A program made the translations under genes and the position numbers. The notes beneath the pieces were generated by a model. The model ran no database searches and was not told the origin of the DNA. It saw only the letters and a program-made list of their open reading frames with translations. This document shows, one piece after another, positions 58,740 through 64,000 of a stretch of 64,000 nucleotides of DNA. Numbering within the stretch: the first letter of the stretch is position 1; every line of letters starts with the position of its first letter. Source of the DNA: Dehalococcoidia bacterium (GTDB taxonomy: Bacteria; Chloroflexota; Dehalococcoidia; UBA6926); contig OZ242203.1 of NCBI GenBank assembly GCA_965206275.1, positions 1,678,485 through 1,742,484 of the forward strand. The letters are read 5' to 3'.

Positions 58740-61364
58740 ATGACGACAAGGGGTTCTCCCCTCAAGCGACAATACGAGCGGATCAAGGCCGAATTTCCTG
58801 ACGGAATCCTGCTCTTTCGACTCGGTGATTTCTACGAGACGTTCGGCGAAGACGCGGAAATCGTGTCGCGTGACCTCGGCATCGCACTCACGTCAAAAGA
58901 GCTTGGCCGCGGCCACCGTGTTCCCCTCGCCGGTGTCCCAACCCACTCTCTCGATGCTTCTCTCGCCCGCTTGCTAGAAAAAGGGCACCGTGTCGCAGTG
59001 TGCGAGCAGTTCGGCGACCCCAAGACCGCCAAGGGAATCCTCGACCGTGAGATCATTCGCGTCGTCACGCCCGGCACCATTCTCCAGCACGATCTTCTGC
59101 CTGAAAGCGCAAACAATTTCCTGGCTGCCGTCGTCGTTGATGGCCAGCGCGCCGGTCTTTCCTACGCCGATATCTCGACTTCTGAATTCGCAACCCTTGA
59201 GATCCCCGTGGATGACCTGCAAACCGAACTCGCTGCTCTCTCTCCCGCGGAGTTGCTCGTCCCGGAAGACTTGGATGTTTCGTCGCTGGGGGACGCTGCC
59301 CTCGTTGCCATGGACGCCTCCAGCTTTAACGAGCACGATGCCCGCCAACGCCTGCTAAAGCACTTCGGTGTCCACTCACTGGAACCGTACGGCTGTGACA
59401 ACTCGCCCCTCGCCGTTTCCGCGGCGGGCGCTGTTCTCGCTTACCTGCAGGAAACGCAGCGTGGCGCGCTCACGCAGATCCAGTCCCTCTCCACGCGCCG
59501 GACAGCGGAGACGATGGTCCTTGATCCACAGACTGTCCGCACCCTTGAACTCTTTGAGGGTAGTTCTGGCGCACGCGGAGGTTCTTTGCTTGGCCTCCTT
59601 GACACTACGCAGACCCCGATGGGACGCCGCCTGTTACGCCAATGGCTCGGACGACCTCTCCTCAACCGCGACGCCGTCATCGAACGCCATGACAACGTTG
59701 AGGCCCTCGTTCAAAACCCCATGCTCCGTTCACGCCTCCGCAGTGCCATGCATGGCCTCCCGGACCTTGAGCGTCTTATCAACTTCATCCGCTCCGGCTC
59801 CGCCGCCCCGCGTGATGTTGTCGCCGTCCGACGCGGCCTTGAGGCTGTCTCTGGCATCCACTCCGTGCTCACCGCCGCCCCTCTGCCTGAGATTGCGCGG
59901 GACGACGAAACTGTTTGCCCCCTCGCGTGGACTCTCAACGACATCGAAACACACGATGAAACCCGCAAACTTCTGAACGAAGCTATTGCCGACGAGCCGG
60001 GCGCAACCCTTTCTGCGGGCGGCGTAGTTCGCAAAGACTTCTCGCAGGAATTGGAAGACCTGCGCGCGATTTCCTCTGACGCCCGTGTTGCTGTTGCAGC
60101 CCTCGAAACGGAGGAGCGCAACAACACTGGCATCCCCACGCTCAAGGTTGGCTACACCCGCGTCTTCGGCTACTACATCGAGGTCACGCGCCCGCACCTC
60201 TCCCGCGTGCCGGAACACTACATCCGTAAGCAGACCATTGCGGGCGGCGAGAGGTTCTTCACGCCGCGCCTCAAGGAGCTTGAGGTTCAGATTTCCGAGG
60301 CGCAACAGCGTGCCGAGGAGCTTGAGTCCGCAATCTTTCGCCAAGTGTGCAGCCAGGTGGTGGAGCAGGGTGAGTCCGTCCTTGCCACCGCCCGCGCTGT
60401 CGCCCGCCTAGATGTTCTAGCGGCTTTTGCCGAGAACGCTGTCCGACTCCGTTTCACTCGTCCCGAGATCGACGACTCGCGCGTGTTGGAAGCCACGTCA
60501 GCCCGCCATCCCGTCGTGGAAGAAGTCCTCGACGAGCCGTTCGTCCCTAATGACATCTCCCTCACGGAAGACCGGCCCATCGCCATCATCACCGGCCCCA
60601 ACATGGCCGGTAAGTCCACGTATCTTCGACAAATCGCACTCGTCGCCCTGATGGCGCAGATCGGCTCGTTTGTGCCCGCTGCCAGCGCCCGTGTCGGCCT
60701 CGTCGACCGCATCTTCACCCGAGCAGGCCTCCACGATGACATCTCAACCGGTCGGTCAACCTTCATGGTCGAGATGATCGAAACGGCCGCCATCCTTCAC
60801 CAGGCAACCGACCGCTCTCTCATCATCCTCGACGAAACGGGCAGGGGAACCAGCACCTACGATGGCCTCTCCATCGCGTGGGCCGTCGTGGAGCACATCC
60901 ACAACCACCCCCGTCTCAGCGCACGCACCGCCTTTGCCACTCACTACCATGAGCTTGTCGAACTCGGTGAGACCCTCCCCCGCGCCTTCAACCTTCATGT
61001 CCTCGTTTCCGAGGAGGAGGGCAAAGTCGTGTTCCTGCGTCAGGTTGTTCCCGGCGGGGCTGACCGTTCTTATGGCGTTCACGTCGCACAACTCGCCGGA
61101 CTGCCGCGTGATGTCGTTGCCCGCGCACAGGAAGTCCTAAAGCACCTCGAAGACGATAGGACATCCAACTCCGCCAGTGTGGCCCAGCCCGCCCTCTTCT
61201 CCATCCAGGCTCCGCAACACGAATCTGCGTCTACAGCCACGCAAGTCGAAAAGGAAATCCTCAGCCTTTCCCCCGAACAGATGACGCCTCTTGAGGCCCT
61301 TGCCAAGCTCTATGACCTGCAGCGTCTGGCAGAGCAGGGCAGGAACGGCGCGAGCGACGCCTGA
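58740..61364 (+). CDS. mutS: DNA mismatch repair protein MutS
   Basis: GDFYE mismatch-binding N-terminus, Walker A GPNMAGKST, DE..RGTST. Confidence 0.95.
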   Translation: MTTRGSPLKRQYERIKAEFPDGILLFRLGDFYETFGEDAEIVSRDLGIALTSKELGRGHRVPLAGVPTHSLDASLARLLEKGHRVAVCEQFGDPKTAKGILDREIIRVVTPGTILQHDLLPESANNFLAAVVVDGQRAGLSYADISTSEFATLEIPVDDLQTELAALSPAELLVPEDLDVSSLGDAALVAMDASSFNEHDARQRLLKHFGVHSLEPYGCDNSPLAVSAAGAVLAYLQETQRGALTQIQSLSTRRTAETMVLDPQTVRTLELFEGSSGARGGSLLGLLDTTQTPMGRRLLRQWLGRPLLNRDAVIERHDNVEALVQNPMLRSRLRSAMHGLPDLERLINFIRSGSAAPRDVVAVRRGLEAVSGIHSVLTAAPLPEIARDDETVCPLAWTLNDIETHDETRKLLNEAIADEPGATLSAGGVVRKDFSQELEDLRAISSDARVAVAALETEERNNTGIPTLKVGYTRVFGYYIEVTRPHLSRVPEHYIRKQTIAGGERFFTPRLKELEVQISEAQQRAEELESAIFRQVCSQVVEQGESVLATARAVARLDVLAAFAENAVRLRFTRPEIDDSRVLEATSARHPVVEEVLDEPFVPNDISLTEDRPIAIITGPNMAGKSTYLRQIALVALMAQIGSFVPAASARVGLVDRIFTRAGLHDDISTGRSTFMVEMIETAAILHQATDRSLIILDETGRGTSTYDGLSIAWAVVEHIHNHPRLSARTAFATHYHELVELGETLPRAFNLHVLVSEEEGKVVFLRQVVPGGADRSYGVHVAQLAGLPRDVVARAQEVLKHLEDDRTSNSASVAQPALFSIQAPQHESASTATQVEKEILSLSPEQMTPLEALAKLYDLQRLAEQGRNGASDA

Positions 61365-61365
61365 C

Positions 61366-63198
61366 ATGGCCATCCAACTCCTTGATCGAGATGTCGCCTC
61401 CAAGATCGCCGCCGGGGAGGTCATCGAGCGTCCGGCGTCAGTCGTCAAAGAGCTGGTCGAAAACGCAATAGATGCCGGAGCGGGGCAGGTCGAAGTTGAA
61501 ATCGCTCGCGGTGGGCTCGACCTCATCCGTGTCACGGACGATGCGTCGGGCATCCCGGAAGATGAACTTGAACTCGCCGTCATGCGCCACGCCACCTCGA
61601 AACTCCGCAGCGTTCGCGATCTTGAGAGTATCGGTACGCTTGGCTTTCGCGGTGAGGCCCTTGCATCCATCGCCGCCGTCGCTCGCATGACAATCGTCTC
61701 CCGTGATCCGGACTCAAAGGGCGGCCACTACGTCATCGCCGCCGACAATGAAATCATCGAACACGGCACGCAAGGCGCGCCATTCGGGACTACCGTCTAT
61801 GTTCGCGACCTATTCAAGAAAGTCCCCGCCCGACTGTCATTCCTCCGTTCACCAGCCGCCGAGGCCACGCGATGCGTCAATGTCCTCACCCAATACGCCC
61901 TCGCGCATCCCGATGTTGCCCTGCGCGTGATCGTCGATGGCCGACTTGCCTTTCACTCCCCCGGTAGTGGCGATGCCTCCCATGTCCTTCTTGAAATGTG
62001 GGGGCCGGACACCACATCGGGGATGCTTCCCATCCAACCCACAACCATGGGCGGGACAACGGTTACCGGGTATGCCAGCGAGCCCGGCACGACGCGCCCA
62101 CGACGCACTGGCCAGATTCTCTTCGTCAACGGACGCTTGGTCGAGGCCCGTATCCTCTACTACGCCATTGCCGACGCCTACCGCGACATCGTTCAGCGAG
62201 GCCGCTACCCCCTCGTCGTGCTCTTCCTCTCCGTCCCGCCCGATGAGGTCGATGTCAATGTCCACCCCACCAAAGCCGAGGTGCGCCTGCGACGCGAGGG
62301 CGAGGTTATCGCAACAATCCAACGCGCCATCCGCCGCACTCTCGCCGCGAACGGCATCGTCGCCGCTCCCTCAACGAGCGGGCAGGACGGTGTCTCAGCC
62401 GCTCCGCAGATACCTTCTGCACCCCTTGACGCTGAAGTCCAACTCGAAGCCCCGCCCCTCTTCACAGACCAGGCGTCCAAGAGTGAATCCTCCACTACGC
62501 CCACACAATCCCCACCGTCCCAATTCACACTCCGCCCCGTCGGTCAGGTTGGCCTCACTTACATCGTCGCGGAGGGGCCGGACGGCATGTATCTCATTGA
62601 TCAGCACGCGTCCCATGAACGCGTCGTCTTTGAACAGATTCTTGCCGAGCGCCGCGAGCGAGCCGCGAACTCGCAGGGCCTGTTGACGCCGGCCACAGTC
62701 CAGCTCACCACTCGTCAACTGGACAATATCGCCCCGCTGAGCGACCTCCTTTCCTCCTACGGTTTCGAGTGGGAGCCGTTCGGTGACGATGCCATTCTGC
62801 TCCGCGCTATGCCCGCCTCCCTCAAGGAATCAGAGGCGCCGCAGGCCTTTTTGGAAGTCCTTGATGAGCGTTCCGGTGGCGAAATTGACGACTCAGCGCT
62901 CAGCGGGCAGGCTGTGCCCGCCGGGTCATCGGACTCCGTCGCCCAGGGAGGCATTGATGCCGCGGATAGCATAATCGCGTCCGCGCCGGACGCTGTCGAT
63001 ATGCGGGAGAGACGAATCGCAGCCACTATTGCCTGCCACTCCACCGTTCGCGCAGGCCAGCCTCTCTCCATGTCGGAAATGGAGTCCTTGCTCACTCTTT
63101 TCCGTGATGCCAATTTCCCTCGCCTCTGCCCCCATGGCCGCCCCACCATGGTTCACCTCAGCTCCGCCCAGCTCGAACGTCAATTCGCCCGCCGCTAA
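61366..63198 (+). CDS. mutL: DNA mismatch repair protein MutL
   Basis: IAAGEVIERPASVVKELVENAIDA, GFRGEAL. ATG lies 2 nt after the mutS stop. Confidence 0.95.
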   Translation: MAIQLLDRDVASKIAAGEVIERPASVVKELVENAIDAGAGQVEVEIARGGLDLIRVTDDASGIPEDELELAVMRHATSKLRSVRDLESIGTLGFRGEALASIAAVARMTIVSRDPDSKGGHYVIAADNEIIEHGTQGAPFGTTVYVRDLFKKVPARLSFLRSPAAEATRCVNVLTQYALAHPDVALRVIVDGRLAFHSPGSGDASHVLLEMWGPDTTSGMLPIQPTTMGGTTVTGYASEPGTTRPRRTGQILFVNGRLVEARILYYAIADAYRDIVQRGRYPLVVLFLSVPPDEVDVNVHPTKAEVRLRREGEVIATIQRAIRRTLAANGIVAAPSTSGQDGVSAAPQIPSAPLDAEVQLEAPPLFTDQASKSESSTTPTQSPPSQFTLRPVGQVGLTYIVAEGPDGMYLIDQHASHERVVFEQILAERRERAANSQGLLTPATVQLTTRQLDNIAPLSDLLSSYGFEWEPFGDDAILLRAMPASLKESEAPQAFLEVLDERSGGEIDDSALSGQAVPAGSSDSVAQGGIDAADSIIASAPDAVDMRERRIAATIACHSTVRAGQPLSMSEMESLLTLFRDANFPRLCPHGRPTMVHLSSAQLERQFARR

Positions 63199-63263
63199 TC
63201 CGCGTCAACTGAACAAAAGGCGTACAATCCCCCCATACCCTCAAGACCAAGAGGAGCAAACAA

Positions 63264-63722
63264 ATGACAACAGCAGATCGCGAATCAGCAGCCGACTACC
63301 CGCCGTCTCCCGGTCCGGTTCAGCCGGTGAACCGTCGACTACGGGTCGAATTCAACGGAGAAGTCCTCGCGGAAACAACGCGCGGCGTCCGCATCGTTGA
63401 GAAGGACATGCCACCCGTCTACTACTTCCCGCCCGAGGACGTACGGAAGGAGTTCCTCGTCGCTGAAGACCGCTCCTCCACTTGACCCTTCAAGGGGGAC
63501 GCCAGTTATTGGGGCGTCCGAGTTGGGGATCGGGAAGCCGAAACGGCAATCTGGAGCTACGTGAATCCGAAGGACGAGTACGAGGACATCAGGGAATACA
63601 TGGCCTTCTATACCTGGAAGCTCGACGCCGCCTACGTCGACGACCTCCCTGTTCAATTGGTTCACGGTGACTTCTACGGAGGCTGGCGCACCGAGGATAT
63701 CATCGGCCCCTGGAACTCCTAG
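63264..63722 (+). CDS. DUF427-family protein with in-frame TGA (63483-63485) at the conserved Cys position; candidate selenoprotein
   Basis: The frame reads ...FLVAEDRSST-TGA-PFKGDASYWGVRVGDREAETAIWSY... to TAG 63720-63722. Family members carry C-P-(F/W/Y)-K-G-x-A-x-Y at this spot. RBS GAGGAG precedes the ATG. Confidence 0.7.
63497..63519 (+). promoter_or_regulatory. candidate bacterial SECIS hairpin for the DUF427 TGA
   Basis: UGA, then 11 nt, then GGACGCC-AGUUAUUGG-GGCGUCC. Confidence 0.45.
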
Positions 63723-63928
63723 TCTTCCTCCCACTTCTCCAGGAAGCCCACCGCCTGCCGCCAGGCGTCCGCCCGCACCATTACGCGACACGGGTATCCC
63801 GTCACGCCCAGAAAGCTGTTCGTGTCCCCTTGGTTGACGAGGGCCTCGATACCCTCTTCTAAAAGCGCCTGCACCAGCAGTTCCGCGCTCAACTGGTCAG
63901 AGGTCGTCGTCAGGTGCGTCCACTCCAT
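63719..63928 (-). CDS. DUF2007-like small protein
   Basis: 69 aa with an alpha/beta pattern and L..EGI motif. It converges on the DUF427 gene with overlapping stops. Confidence 0.5.
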   Translation of the reverse strand: MEWTHLTTTSDQLSAELLVQALLEEGIEALVNQGDTNSFLGVTGYPCRVMVRADAWRQAVGFLEKWEED

Positions 63929-64000
63929 GACAACCAGACTACAGGAGCTAGGAAAGGCTGAGGCGAATCGTCTACATCAACATCTGCTGAACGGACAGGA

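Noticed and set aside
63972-64000. Possible 3' end of a minus-strand gene (...LSVQQMLM-stop) at the window edge
   Set aside because: Only nine codons are visible, too few to support a call.

Overview
By eye this is a high-GC, gene-dense bacterial chromosome segment. The lineage is not determinable here. A 23S gene unlinked from 16S/5S and many crotonase / CoA-transferase / hydantoinase paralogs would fit a Chloroflexota-like marine organism, but that is only a guess. Most of the window is ordinary housekeeping and catabolism: dut, mgtE, folB, hpt, valS, coaBC, coaX, nnr, acpS, folD, queA, tag, mutS, mutL, a NuoE/NuoF-like pair, a NuoG/Fdh-alpha-like protein, two ABC ATPase/permease pairs and two MFS transporters. 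RNA genes are one 23S rRNA with its own promoter and a long flanking processing helix, an initiator-type tRNA-Met just downstream, and a tRNA-Arg(UCU). Three things stand out. (1) A 3,057-bp element (2900-5956) has 23-bp terminal inverted repeats (22/23 match), a perfect 8-bp target duplication (TTTTATTT) and one IS1595/ISXO2-type transposase. It sits in the T-tract of an intrinsic terminator and carries cargo: a well-formed class II (Leu-type) tRNA whose anticodon position reads CUC, an adjacent degenerate tRNA-like gene, a 34-bp perfect palindrome, a lipoprotein and four small ORFs. (2) Two genes carry an in-frame TGA exactly where their families have an essential or conserved Cys: a two-domain rhodanese (8247-9077) and a DUF427 protein (63264-63722). 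Each TGA is followed after 11 nt by a GC-rich hairpin, so both are selenoprotein candidates. No sel genes or tRNA-Sec lie in the window. (3) Three short repeat modules recur immediately behind stop codons, sometimes in tandem. Most other track ORFs are antisense or out-of-frame shadows of real genes, or lie inside the rRNA. CDS coordinates include stop codons, as in the ORF track.
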